This document shows positions 12,170 to 25,185 of a stretch of DNA of 64,000 bases, piece by piece. Numbering within the stretch: position 1 is the first letter of the stretch; each line of letters begins with the position of its first letter. The notes beneath the pieces are model-generated. The model saw only the letters and a list, made by a program, of their open reading frames with translations. It was not told where the DNA came from and ran no database searches. The stretch is from the NCBI GenBank assembly GCA_951406725.2, contig OX597826.1, forward strand, positions 11,594,001-11,658,000, in the 5' to 3' direction. Origin of the DNA: Octopus vulgaris (lineage: Eukaryota). The translations under genes were made by a program, and so were the position numbers.

Positions 12170-12211
12170 CTAAGTTGACGAGGTCTTGCAGTCCGAAACT
12201 TGTGTACATAG
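12170..12211 (+). ncRNA. Decayed type I hammerhead ribozyme-like motif
   Basis: CTAAG-TTGACGA-GGTCT.TGC.AGTCC-GAAA-C.TTGT.G-TA-CATAG; core C3 replaced by T and one mismatch each in stems I and II. Confidence 0.4.
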
Positions 12212-12407
12212 TTATCTCCCGCTTATAACGAAGATCAAACTATCTTTTCCTCATAACTTACTTAGGAATTTATTAAAATTATCTCCCCTTCTCTTTGGAA
12301 TTGCTAACACGAGTTCTCTATTTTCCGACTCACCCAAGAAAGAAAAGCTTAAGAACTTCAGAATTTATTATGTAAAGTTATACCATACCATACCCCCTCC
12401 CTCCCTC

Positions 12408-12712
<305 letters not shown>

Positions 12713-13406
12713 TCAGAAATACGTGATCCTTGGTTAATTCCCACTGTGCGGTGCTTCAGTGACCTCTGCTTTAGCTCCGAGTGGATAAATACCTTGTGTA
12801 TGACACTCACGTGATAGAAACTATACGGAAGCCCATCATATATGGGCATATGTGTGTACATATTCGATAGGACATTCTCTCTCTCTCTCTCCCTCTCTCT
12901 CTCTATTTCTTACACACGATTTTAACCAAGTATGAGCAAAGAAATACCTCAATGAGGAATGACCTCAGGACAATGAACCTTTCAGGTGAGATGTGTGGCA
13001 CCTTGCTGTACTCAAGAAGACCTGTACTCCACAGTGGTATGTATTTCAACAATATAGACAAATACAGGTATATTAGACACCGTACAAAATTCTCGACTTA
13101 CTACAATTGTTTCCTATCATTAGAGAATGTGACACAGTTGCTAAATAGCAATTTAGAACAGATTCATACGAGAAAGTGAGACAATAACTATCAAAAATTC
13201 TCTGAAGCTGACATGTCATTCAGCAAAAGAACAGGCTTATTGCCTAGAGATAAGATGACAGCCGGGGACACGCGTTTCTGCCTTAATAAGCTCAGTTAGC
13301 ATGATAGTTATTCCACCTTATCTTTAGCCGCCTAGGTACCTAGATAATATACAAAAAGACATGAACTTGCATATATCTTATATATTACCTTATATAAGAT
13401 ATATGT

Positions 13407-13703
13407 GTGGAGGCGCAATGGCTCAGTGGTTAGGGCAGCGGACTTGCGGTCGTAGGATCGCGGTTTCGATTCCCAGACCGGGCCTTGTGAGTGTTTATTG
13501 AGCGAAAACACATAAAAGCTTCACGAGGCTCCGGCAGGGTGTGGTGTACTCTTTCACCACAACTTTCTCTCACTCTTTCTTCTGTTGGCCTGCTCGCTTA
13601 GCCAGCGGGGTGGCGTCATTTGAAGGCTAAAACAATGCGAAGCGCATTGTGACCAGCGATGTGTAGCAACATCTGATGGCCTGGTCGGTCATGTGATCAC
13701 GTG
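13407..13703 (+). mobile_element. SINE family C (tRNA-derived), full length with 13-bp TSD
   Basis: A box TGGCTCAGTGG, B box GGTTTCGATTCCC; flanked by ATAAGATATATGT at 13394-13406 and 13704-13716; second copy at 56277-56586. Confidence 0.92.
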
Positions 13704-14367
13704 ATAAGATATATGTAAGATAATTATATATATCTTAATGTTGGTTTACATTGTTATTCCTAATACGATCCGACTGTTAGGAACGCAGATATGCTATATA
13801 TACGTGTACGTTATAAAAGAAACATACAGTTCGTAACATACACGACTCATTGGTGCAAAGGATTCTGGGACACTGGTGTTTGCTTATCAGTGCTGTAGTA
13901 GAAATATTTAGCAATCGCAAAATTTAGAATCGAACGCCCAGTCACTATATCCGATGCAAAACCGCCCACAAAACTAAAGAATTCGGTCGCAATTCGTTAA
14001 GATATAAGCAAAATCACTAAAAAGTCTAACTATTAAAGACTACGTGTGGAACCAGATCTAACAACAATTTCATCTTTGGTGCATTTTTTTTTTTAAAACC
14101 GAGACCATCACAATATATTCAGCGTATTTTAGCCGCTACAACCAGACAGCTGACAGCAAAACGGACACAACACAAGGCTGTCACCAGACAGTAGCAGAAT
14201 TAGAAGTATGCTAGACCGCTGTCAAAACACAAAAACAATGGACAGCGGCGGCTGCAACTCACCGTGACAAGCTACAACCAAGAAGCTCACGATAGCGACT
14301 ATCAAACGCAGTCCAAGGACAATAAACTTCCAACTGTCTAGCTGTTTGTCGTTGGCAGTAATGACAA

Positions 14368-14952
14368 CGAGCTGGCAGAACCGTTAGCACGCCGGGCGAA
14401 ATGCTTAGCAGTATTTCGTCTGCTGCTACGTTCTGAGTTCAAATTCCGCCGAGGTCGACTTTGCCTTTCATCCTTTCAGGGTCGATTAAATAAATACCAT
14501 TTACGCACTGGGGTCGATGTAATCGACTTAATCCCTTTGTCCTTGTTTGTCCTCTCTGTGTTTAGCCCCTTGTGGGTAGTAAAGAAATAGGCATTTCGTC
14601 TGCTGCTATGTTCTAGGTTCAAATTCGGCCGAGGTCGACTTTGCCTTTCATCCTTTCGGGGTCGATTAAATAAGTACCAGTTACGCACTGGAGTCGATGT
14701 AATCAACTTAATCCGTTTCTTTGTCCTTGTTTGTCCGCTCTGTGTTTAGCCTTTTATGGGTAGTAAATAAATAGGTATTTCGTCTGCCGCTATGTTATGA
14801 GTTCAAATTCCGCCGAGGTCGACTTTGCCTTTCATCCTTTCGGAGTCGATAAATAAAGTAACAGTTACGCACTGGGGTCGATGCAATCGACTTAATCCCT
14901 TTGTCCTTGTTTGTCCCCTCTATGTTTAGCCCCTTGTGGGCAATAAAGAAAT
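14368..14952 (+). mobile_element. SINE family B: one head plus three tandem ~180-bp body units
   Basis: Single CGAGCTGGCAGAACCGTTAGCACG head followed by three ATTTCGTCTG...AAAGAAATA units. Confidence 0.9.
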
Positions 14953-15748
14953 ATATTTACGATAAAAATAAGTGTTTTTTTTGTTAAAAAGAAAAACTCA
15001 AACAAAATAGTACTGATATCTGCTAATCGATAAAACAAAAAAAAACATTTCAGATCTCGCTGCTCACTCCGCAAATAACGATTTTATATCAGTCGGCAGA
15101 TACAAGCACTGATTACAAAAAAAGTTTGTTCACTGAAATTATAAACAAAACCACCAGATTGTTTAAGCCCAAAGGTTCGGATGCTTCTGGCCAATGGGAT
15201 ACGACATGCCGAAACACCTATATCACAGAATCCCTTGTACCAATGTATTGAATGTGTTATGAACACATTTTCGCGGTAAAAGGGAAGAGTTGTTCTCCTG
15301 AGACGTACACAACAGCAACTAACATATTTGCAGTCGAGTCTGCGTATGTATACAGTGCAATTAACATATATATGTAAAACTGTTACTGGTTCAAAGGTGA
15401 CAGAGATTATTCGTCACCCAGTTTAACACCACTATCCAGTCCGAGGGTATCTTTAGTGAAGTCCACTATGTTGCAAGCATTTTGGTCAGGAAAGGGACCT
15501 AGGTATAACTTTTCCACTTTTGACGATGCCATTAAAATATATATAATTCCATATTGGACATATATAAGATGACGATGACTTGGCAAGCATTTGAGAATGC
15601 CGCTCATTTACTTTCGTTGTTTTGAGGTCTGAGTTCAAATCCTACTGAAATGAAGCGAGTCTACTGTATGTTTCCAACTTCTTTCCCGCACTCCTTGTTG
15701 GCATTTTACTGCTAGGACCTAAGATAGACTGCGTAAAATAAGGATATT

Positions 15749-15965
15749 ACTCTTTCTACTCTTTTACTTGTTTCAGTCATTTTGACTGCGGCCATGCTGG
15801 AGCACCGCCTTTAGTCGAGCAAATCGACCCCAGGACTTATTCTTTGTAAGCCTAGTAATTATTCTATCGGTCTCTTTTGCCGAACCGCTAAGTTACGGGG
15901 ACGTAAACACACCAGCATCGGTTGTCAAGCGATGTTGGGGGGACAAACACAGACACACAAACACA

Positions 15966-16015
<50 letters not shown>

Positions 16016-16185
16016 CAAATATACGACTGGCTTCTTTCAGTTTCTGTCTACCAAATCCACTCACAAGGCTTTGGTCGGCCCGAGGCTATAGTAGAAGACA
16101 CTTGCCCAAGGTGCTACACAGTGGGGCTGAACCCGGAACTATGTGGTTGGTAAGCAAACTACTTACCACAGAGCCACTCCTACGA
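15749..16185 (-). mobile_element. SINE family A, full length
   Basis: Reverse complement of the family A consensus. Confidence 0.9.
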
Positions 16186-16929
16186 CTATATCTTATCTTT
16201 TTATTACTGTTTTGTTAATAATAATGATTTTTTTCTACTTAAAATAATGCACACGCACGCATACATCCTAGATTGTATCAAGAATGTAATCACAGAGTAA
16301 GTAAACCTTCCGATCGGACAGGTATTGGGTTATTTAAGCTGTAGGAAAGATATGCAGACGTGTGAATATGTTTTGATGTAAAGATATTCACCATTTCGTG
16401 AATCCCTCTGAGAGTTATTGCATGTGTGTGGATACACGAGTGTTTAGCTGCATACATCTCTCTTTCTTAATCTCAAACGTAATTAACACGCGTACGTACA
16501 TATTTTGCTTGGTGCACTGATATATGTGGCTGTAACGGAAAATAAAAGCTAAACCTGTTGAAGTCAAATATACATTAAATACTAAGGAATAGAATAATTG
16601 TTCCTGTATGAATTTCCGTATGGAAGTGATTTAAACAGCGAATTGCGCCAACAAGGAAGTGGAAATAACATTGTACCATCCCCATAAATAATTAGTTTAA
16701 TTATCTCAACTCAATCATTTACTCTTCTAAAGTGGTTAAAGGTTAAATCTAAGAATCACTGCCGGAAGTAACATAATCCATTACACATTTAAATGTTCTC
16801 TCGACATCCAAACAATTTAATGCTATGACAACTTTACGGACATAAATAATATTTCAAGAGAAGACCGTTGAATGAAACCAAATATGGAATATATAAATGC
16901 GATATGATCGTGAAATAAAACATCTTCGA

Positions 16930-17700
16930 CTGCCCCCAGAAATGGGTTACCTCTATCTTATCCACCGTTGCTATAATGGCTTCTGCTCCTTGGAGGTGGT
17001 TGGACACCTGTCACATTCGTCTCTCTTCCTCAAATTGTAGCTTGTGATATCAAACACCAGCCAGGCCCCGGACTGGTCAAACTATGTCTCGTCTCTCTGT
17101 CGTTGAACGTCGTCACTCTCGTACTTCTTCCCAGTTCGTATCTTTCTCACAAGTACAAACTTGGGATCTTTTCGGTTTGAACGGCAGTTTTTAACATAAT
17201 TTCTAGGTAACTAAAAAATTTTAAACTGCGTATACTGGTAGAATGTGTTTATAAAACATCTTTTTCTCTTGGCTTTTATTAAGAAAATTCTATAGTTTGT
17301 AAGATATTTGTTGTTTTTTTTCTTCAAATTCTGAAATTTCAACCAATCAAATACGTCTACTGAGGTAAAAAAAACATTCTGTGCCGTATGAATATGTCCC
17401 TCGTTTAAGAAACAGATTGGGTTTATTTACATTTGAGAAGAAAAAAGATACCCTTCTCCCCACCCCTAATCCTAACCAACCCTAACTAACCCTAAACCTA
17501 AAACAGATTGAAATGCAATAGATCGATACTAGGGTCATAATTATGGGTGACAATTTCATATGACACCGCTAGAAAAAACTGCCGTTCAAACCGAAAAGAT
17601 CCCAAACTTGCAAACGTTCAAAAAGAACATGGAAGAAGAGTAATGACATCAATCTCACCGGCTTCGGTGAGCGGGGGTTGTGAAACCCACGGGCAGATAC
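16930..17700 (+). mobile_element. Decayed CR1/Jockey-group LINE 3' end, interrupted by a MITE
   Basis: YLIHRCYNGFCSLE (cf. FYRYYxGxCSxEL) near 16950-16995; after removing the MITE and one TSD copy the frame reads TNLQTFKKNMEEE*; followed by two 3' stem-loops at 17654-17688. Confidence 0.5.
17164..17602 (+). mobile_element. MITE with ~28-bp TIRs (GGATCTTTTCGGTTTGAACGGCAGTTTT) and 8-bp TSD; Merlin-like or hAT
   Basis: TSD CAAACTTG at 17156-17163 and 17603-17610; internal CCCTAA-like tract at ~17464-17500; inverted copy at 59361-59794. Confidence 0.92.
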
Positions 17701-17838
17701 AGAAAATTAAGATAGAGAAACAATCTGCTTACCTTACTACTACTTGTAGTAATTGTATTAGTACCAGAGCTGGTGATGGAATGGTATTGTAATAACAATT
17801 ACAATACGTATGTAAGTGTGCGTATAGGCGCAGGCGAA

Positions 17839-18180
17839 GGCGGCGAGCTGGCACAAACGTTAGAACGCCGGGCGAAATGCTTAGCGCTATTTCGTCTGTC
17901 TTTACGTTCTGAGTTCAAATTCCGCCGAGGTTGACTTTGCCTTTCATCCTTTCGGGGTCGATAAATTAAGTACCAGTTACGCACTGGGGTCGATATAATC
18001 GACTTAATCCGTTTGTCTGTCCTTGTTTGTCTTCTCTGTGTTTTAGGCCCTTGTGGGTAGTAAAGAAATAGGTATTTCGTCTGCCGCTACGTTCTAAGTT
18101 CAAATTCCGCCGAGATCGACTTTCATCCTTTCGGAGTCGTTACAAGGTCGATATAATCGGCCTTGTGCCTAGAGTAGAAA
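17839..18180 (+). mobile_element. SINE family B, head plus ~1.5 units
   Basis: GGCGGCGAGCTGGCACAAACGTTAG head and a repeated body. Confidence 0.88.
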
Positions 18181-18187
18181 GTATATA

Positions 18188-18347
18188 GGCGCAGACATAG
18201 CTCTGTGGTAAGAAGCTTGCTTTCCAACAGCATGGTTCATGGATCAGTCCCACTGCGTGGCACTTTGTGCAAGTGTCTTCTACTGTAGCCTCGGACAGAC
18301 TAAATCCTTGTGAGTGGATCTGGTAAACGGAAACTGAAAGAACCCGT

Positions 18348-18398
<51 letters not shown>

Positions 18399-18610
18399 GT
18401 GTGTGTCTGTGTCTGCCATCTCACCATCGCTTCACAACCGATGTTGGTGTGTTTATGTCCCCGAAACCTATCGGTTTGGCAAAAGAAAACCGATAGAATA
18501 AATACTAGGCTTGCAAAGAATAAGTCCTGGGGTCAATTTCTCCGACTAAAGGCGATGCTCCAGTATGGCCACAGTCAAATGACTGAAACACGTAAAAGGT
18601 TAAAAGGGTA
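18188..18610 (+). mobile_element. SINE family A
   Basis: Family A head, core, microsatellite and tail. Confidence 0.88.
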
Positions 18611-18651
18611 AAAATAAGCATTTATGCATGCGTACATACATATTTAAGCGC

Positions 18652-18696
<45 letters not shown>

Positions 18697-19127
18697 AAAT
18701 GAGACAAGAACGCAAAACATCCGGGCAGCTAGGTGATACAAAAATGGGACAACAAAACATCCAGACAGACGATACAAAGAAAACAAGGACGGGCCATTCG
18801 AAGTTTTCTTTCTTTAGTCAAGTACCAGAATATCCTCGCGATTTCGGCTGATTATACCTGATATTGCTCCAATCTGGCCAGTGTGTGTGTGTGTGTTTGT
18901 GTTTCTTTTCATGATCAATAATAATAACTGTTTTACATTAATCTGATGGGCACTCTCTACTTCTGTATAGTATGAATTCATTATTCTTCAGCAAGAATAT
19001 TATTGATAGTGACTTCGCAGTTTCTGCCAGTTAAGTCAGCGTCCGATTGCAAGACACATACGCACACACACACACATATCTATCTATCTATCTATATATA
19101 TATATATATCTACCTACATATATATAT

Positions 19128-19309
19128 AAGGTTGTAATGGACGCAGGTTCGTGTGTCATATATTTAGCTAGAGGCGATGGCCTCTTGGAGCTAATCAGCG
19201 ACAGCTTTAGTCTTATATTTATAGACTGCCATATTAGTATGGCGATAACTATTAATATCCAGTAACGCTGCCGTAATCTCCTTTAGAGAGACTTAGTAAT
19301 TTTAAAAGT

Positions 19310-19312
<3 letters not shown>
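19128..19312 (+). repeat. Interspersed repeat in (TA)n; longer inverted copy at 46243-46575
   Basis: GGCCTCTTGGAGCTAATCAGCGACAGCTTTAGTCTTATATTTATAGAC...CTTTAGAGAGACTTAGTAATTTTAA is the reverse complement of 46253-46430. Confidence 0.85.
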
Positions 19313-19341
<29 letters not shown>

Positions 19342-20491
19342 CATACATGATGCAACTTAAAATATCTTGAGTCAGTTATCAGTAGTTAAACAAGACAGAA
19401 ATGAGAAAAAAATAACATTATGGAACAAGCTGTATTATAAAATTCACATCTCGATACTCACAAAAGACATATACATGCAGTAAAAATGAAATATGATATA
19501 TGTGCGTATATGTGTGTTTATATGTGAGTGACAGTGTGCGAGCGGGTGGATACATGTGTCTGTATATGAGCGCATCCAATTGTATGTGCGTATATGGCTG
19601 GTGAGTTTTAGTGGTTGAATGTATAACAAAATTTCTCTTACTTTATGGACAGTTTTCCGTTCCGATAAAGGTTGTGTGATGCTCTCCTCCTTCTAAAATA
19701 ATATATTTTTATCCAATATCCGGGAAGTTCTTTATAAATCATTTGTATTGTCTTCGTCTGTTTGCAAAACAAAACAAAAGTTGAGGCATTTCTTTTGGAA
19801 TATATTCATCATAAAAATAAACAGAGTACTGATTTATAAAACAAAAATGTATATTAATGTCAGTAGAATAAGTATATAATTATTCCATGGAGTTATTTTT
19901 ATATTCGACTGACGCTTTTCTTTAACATTAAACTAGAATTTTGCAAACATTCCTTTGTGAGAAAGAATAGCATGTTTTCCTTTCCTTTTTATCGCATTCG
20001 ATTTTAAAAGTGTAGAATTTCGGATTAAATTCCTTGCAATATTTGATAACATTTCTTTACGTTTTTCAGCTCAAACCTCTCCCTGGTCAACGTTTATTTT
20101 TAATCTCCAGTAGTTGGACATAGTTAAGATGTCGTTATATAAAGAGGCCGAATTAATCGACTGTATCTTATTGGCCAAATGTTCTAGTCTGGTCCAAATG
20201 GTAGTTAACTAAATCAATTATAACGGAATGCAGTGTCAATGACCGAGAGAATAAAATGCCGGGGTTATCATTTTAAATATATCATCAACCTTGATAACGT
20301 AATTATGGGCATGTTCGAATCCTACCAGGCTGGACATTTTATAGTTTCCAATAAAATTGTGAATATTGATAAAATAAGCAATCCATATAATACTGAGGCT
20401 CCGTCAATCAGTCAGTTGCCTTTCGGTCACAAAATACATCCATGGAACGACACTCATTATTTCAAACAAAAACAGAATACCAAGATACATA

Positions 20492-20525
<34 letters not shown>

Positions 20526-21185
20526 ATCACATTTTTAAATGTTTTGCTGTTGTCTTTATTTATTCATTGTAGAGATATTAATAATATTTCTGTTGTTTCA
20601 ATATCATACTTCGCCCAGTTCAATTTCTGTCTCGCCCATCAACATTAAAAATCGTTGAAAAATCGTTGAAAATACGCAACAATAATTTATACACCGCTTT
20701 CTTTGAAATAAAATTTTAAAAAATCCTTATTCAATTTCTAAACTCTCACTGCTTGATTATGGTTCGTGATGCTATCATAACAGAACAATCTTTTTCCCAG
20801 TCGTTGTGTAGATATGAAAATATTGAGAAGCTTATGAAGTTTTCTTTCGCTAGATTTTTGTTTATATGTTTTTATGTGTTTGTTAAGAATTTCCTCTTTG
20901 AGTTTTGGTTTCGAAGCCGTGACAAAATCAAAATCAAAATAATTAAATAATTCTTTTCTTTTTCTTTTTCTTTTTTTTTTTGCAAATATATGAACGTACT
21001 GTGAAAGTTCTATACTCTCCTGCTTGTTTTTAGCCTCTTATTTCATAATCCACAATTACAGACTTTAAAACAAAACTGAAATTCATTCCTTAAACTGACG
21101 CAATACCTGTTAAGTCACCAAATACAAGCTATACTATTTTTAACGTCTTGGTTATTGCTGTAGCTATTGATATTGTTGCCGATTT

Positions 21186-21186
<1 letters not shown>

Positions 21187-21239
<53 letters not shown>

Positions 21240-21249
21240 CAGTAGCAGC

Positions 21250-21299
<50 letters not shown>

Positions 21300-21300
21300 C
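21187..21300. repeat. (TAG)n microsatellite
   Basis: Read directly. Confidence 0.95.
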
Positions 21301-21752
21301 GTTATTGGTACTCTCCAAAGGAATTCTGGATGAGGTGAGTCAAAGATTAGAAGAAAATAAAAAAATAGGAGAAAGTTAATCATGTAAAGATAAAATTAAA
21401 TGCATGAAATGAGTATGTGTGTGTGTATTGTTGTTATTTATTATTGTTGTTGTTGTTGTTGTCGTTGGTATTGCTGTGTTTGCATGAGGTGTTAGAGAGC
21501 AAGGAAGCAGTCAATGTGGCTAGAAAAATTCTACCTTAGTTATTATGTGACGACATTCTCCAAGAAAAGAAACAAAGCACAACAATCAAAACAACAGCAA
21601 CAACAACAACAACAACAACAGTAAGAACACGTTTATAGCAAGGCACATGACATTAGTCTCGATGAAGAGGGACAGCAATAGGCAATCAATGTTTCTAGGA
21701 GCTATAATTAGATATCAGAGCATGAGTATATCTTGTCCTCCCTCTGTGTTGT

Positions 21753-21787
<35 letters not shown>

Positions 21788-21955
21788 TATGTATATATAT
21801 TATATACGAATATGTATGTATGTATATATATATATGTGTAAATATATATATTTACATATATATATATACATATATCTGTGTATATGTATATATATATACA
21901 TATATCTGTGTGTATATATATATATATATATATACACATATATATATATATACAC

Positions 21956-21986
<31 letters not shown>

Positions 21987-22292
21987 CATATATATATGTA
22001 TATATATATAACACACATATATATACATATACATATATACATATATCTGTGTATATGTATATATATGTATATGTATACACACACACATATATATATGTAT
22101 ATATATAACACATATATATACGTATGCACGTACGCACACATAAACAGTAGATAAACAGACAGATATAGAGATAAAGAGAGAAGAGGAAAAGACAGAGAAA
22201 GAGAGAAGAGGATGAAGAGAAAGAAAGAGACATTAGAGCAACACTTTGAAAACAGCAACAACAACAAAAGCAAGAAGAAAGCAAAACAAAAG

Positions 22293-22336
<44 letters not shown>

Positions 22337-22747
22337 GAGAGAGAGGGAGAGGAATATTTAGCGAGAGAGAGTTGAGTGAACAGTGGGTCGTGAGACGGGG
22401 AGGGTCTCCAATTTCTGCGGTCAGGCAAATCACTTTGAAATTGTGTGATGAAGTAAATAAACACACCAATTGCTTACAATGTCACCAGACTACCACCCAT
22501 TTGGAGACGGGTGGGCAGCGGTAGAAGGGGTGTAGCGGCGAATTAGTACATCGAGTCGGTCACAGCACATACCGTTGTTGTTGTTGTTGTTGTTGTTGCT
22601 GTTGTTGTTGTTGTTGTTAGTGTTACTGTTGTTGACATTTCGACATACGTATGTCAGTTCTGATCAAATAGTCATACGATCAATGACTTCCAACCGTGAC
22701 CATCCTTTATGTCTTTTTAGGCGCTTGTTTAATATTATTTATTAGAC

Positions 22748-22905
22748 GTAGACATGGTTGTGTGGTTAAGAAGTTCGCTCCACAACCATGTTGTCTCGGG
22801 TTCAGTCCCAGCGTGGGGTTCCTGGGGCAAGTGTCTACAATTATAGCACCCAACCTACCAATGCCTTTGAAGCGAATTTTGTAGACAATTCTGAAGAAGC
22901 CCGTT
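22748..22905 (+). mobile_element. SINE family A, diverged 5' half
   Basis: ATGGTTGTGTGGTTAAGAAG, GGTTCAGTCCCA, GGGCAAGTGTCT, GAAGAAGCCCGT. Confidence 0.75.
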
Positions 22906-22908
22906 CTG

Positions 22909-22989
<81 letters not shown>

Positions 22990-23024
22990 ATAATGTGTAT
23001 GATTTCAGAAAACTTTTTTACTTT

Positions 23025-23450
23025 TTCATTTTTGCTTGTTTCAATCATTGAACTGTGGCCATGATGGGTCTTGAAAAATTTTATTCGAACAAATCCATCC
23101 CATTACATACTTTTTGAAAGCGCTGGTACTTACTCCATGGTGCTCTTTTGCTTAGCCGCTAAGTTACGGGGACGTAAACAAACTAACACCGATTGTCAAG
23201 GGCGTGTGGAAGGAGGCCAACACTGACACAGAGACACACTTGCTCACACACACATACACATACATATGACGGGTTTCCACACGGTTTCCATCTACCAAAT
23301 TCTTTTACGAGGCACTAGTCGACCTGGGGGCTGGCTATAATGCACCCCCCCAAAAAAAAAACAAACATTAGTTCCAAGTACTGCACAGCGGAACTGAACT
23401 CAAAACCAGGTAGCAGCTAAGCGAGCTTCTTAATCGCATAGTCATACCTG
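23025..23450 (-). mobile_element. SINE family A, diverged
   Basis: CCGCTAAGTTACGGGGACGTAAAC and other reverse-complement family A motifs. Confidence 0.8.
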
Positions 23451-23750
23451 GCTACTATTTCTAGCATATCGTGCATCCACGTTGAAACCTTCCTCACTGA
23501 CACGTGTTTTCTCAAGGTGCTTTATCTAAATAGTGCTTACTGCAATTTTAGAGACTGACACAGTTGAGTAATGGAGGCACAGGTGTAATGATACACCTGA
23601 GTAATGACCGAGTAATGTAACCAGAAATTAACACGAAGGTTACTTGAATCTGTCAGAGCAGACAGCTTATTTAATATTGGACAATAGCTACCTACCTTCG
23701 CTGCTGGAGTTCACCTGCTTGTTTTGACGACTAAATTAACGTTAGACTTT

Positions 23751-23810
<60 letters not shown>

Positions 23811-24136
23811 GTGTATGTGTGTATGTATGTATGTATGTATGTATGTATGTATGTACGTATGCATGTACGTATGCATGTATGTATATATGTATGTATGTAT
23901 ATATGTATGTATGTATATATGTATATATGTAAGTATGTGTGTATGTGAGTGCGTGTGTACGTACATACGTATGTATGTATGTGTATATGTATGTATGTGT
24001 GTATGAATGTGTGTATTATGCATGTGTGTATGTATGTATGTACGTATGGAAATATGCGTGTTCCTATGTCTATGTATGTGTGCATATGTGCGGTAAAATT
24101 GTGAGAACAAAGAGGTATTTGAAAGAGAAAGGAAAA

Positions 24137-24188
<52 letters not shown>

Positions 24189-24425
24189 AGAGAGAGGGAT
24201 AGTAGGGTAGAGAAAGACATAGAAACACAGACTTAGTATGTGTGTGTGTGTTTAAATAATGAAATGTATAGAGTAAATGAGTAATGAAGAGTTAGATATT
24301 GAAAGAGTAACTGAAACCAGGAAACATAGATAGGTAGGTAGGTAGGTAGATAGATGATAGACAGAGAGATAAACAGATAGACAGAAAGACAGACAGATAG
24401 ATTGATTGATTGATTGATAGATAGA

Positions 24426-24456
<31 letters not shown>

Positions 24457-24648
24457 GTAGATAGATAGATGGATCGATTGATTGAAATATAGACGAATAC
24501 ACACACACACACACACACACACATACAGATAAATAGACAGATACACAGACAGACATACAGATAGACAGAGATGGGTTGAGAGTTGACAGTGAGGCATACC
24601 AAGAGAGAGGGAGAGTAAGAGAGAAAGAGAAAGAGAAAAAAGGAAATA

Positions 24649-24680
<32 letters not shown>

Positions 24681-24974
24681 AGGAAAAAAGGAAGAAAGAA
24701 ACATAGAAAAGAGAGAACGTACGAAAACTTGTTCAGGAAATAAGTTTATATTAGAGGAAGTGAATGAAGTTTTCGATGATTTGATAGCTCAAACCTGTTT
24801 CAAAACCATCATGGTGTCTGTGTTCTTGAATTTAGCCGACAAGGACCTTATATATTTCAGAAAGCTACGATTGTGCCAGAGCTTATAACTCTAATTGTGT
24901 AACGAGTCACAGCAGCCCATTTATTACGCAGATCTACCATCCAAGCCCAATACTATTGTGATGATGGATAAGAG

Positions 24975-25185
24975 ACGATCCTTTTCAGCAATACATAGTG
25001 TACATCTTTCATTGCTGCATATTGTTTAGGCTTTTATTCTTTATATTTTGAAATTCTATTGCATCTTTCTGCCAGACCACAAGAGGGAAACCGCGTTTTA
25101 TGCTATAAATAAGTTACAAGCTAATTTCACATTTAATGCAGGTAATTTTCAAACACCTTAAACCTGTCGGTAACGGATCTAATTT
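24975..25185 (-). mobile_element. Decayed Penelope-like element GIY-YIG endonuclease C-terminal fragment
   Basis: Minus strand gives ...CSNERCTLCIAEK (cf. the PLE KRCxLCxxEK motif), preceded by W..KD and IRYRQ-like pieces with frameshifts. Confidence 0.35.

Noticed and set aside
13407-13480. tRNA gene
   Set aside because: The tRNA-like head continues into a SINE body with a TSD and a second copy; no complete cloverleaf
13800-14340. RTE-type AP-endonuclease relic (TITIYSAY, NNGQR)
   Set aside because: Too degraded to support by eye; needs a frameshift-aware search
15050-15610. Further GPCR-like hydrophobic segments (ANMLVAVVY) on the minus strand
   Set aside because: Motif order inconsistent and many stops; likely over-reading
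17464-17500. Telomere or chromosome-fusion scar
   Set aside because: Short degenerate tract internal to a MITE, present in both copies
18785-18825. Possible minimal hammerhead in the 18694-18880 insert (minus strand)
   Set aside because: Core reads CTAAAGA...GAAT; too far from consensus to support
19186-19262. Hammerhead-like layout TGGAG-CTAATCA-GC...GC-GATA...TCCA
   Set aside because: Three substitutions at invariant core positions in both copies and no credible stem III
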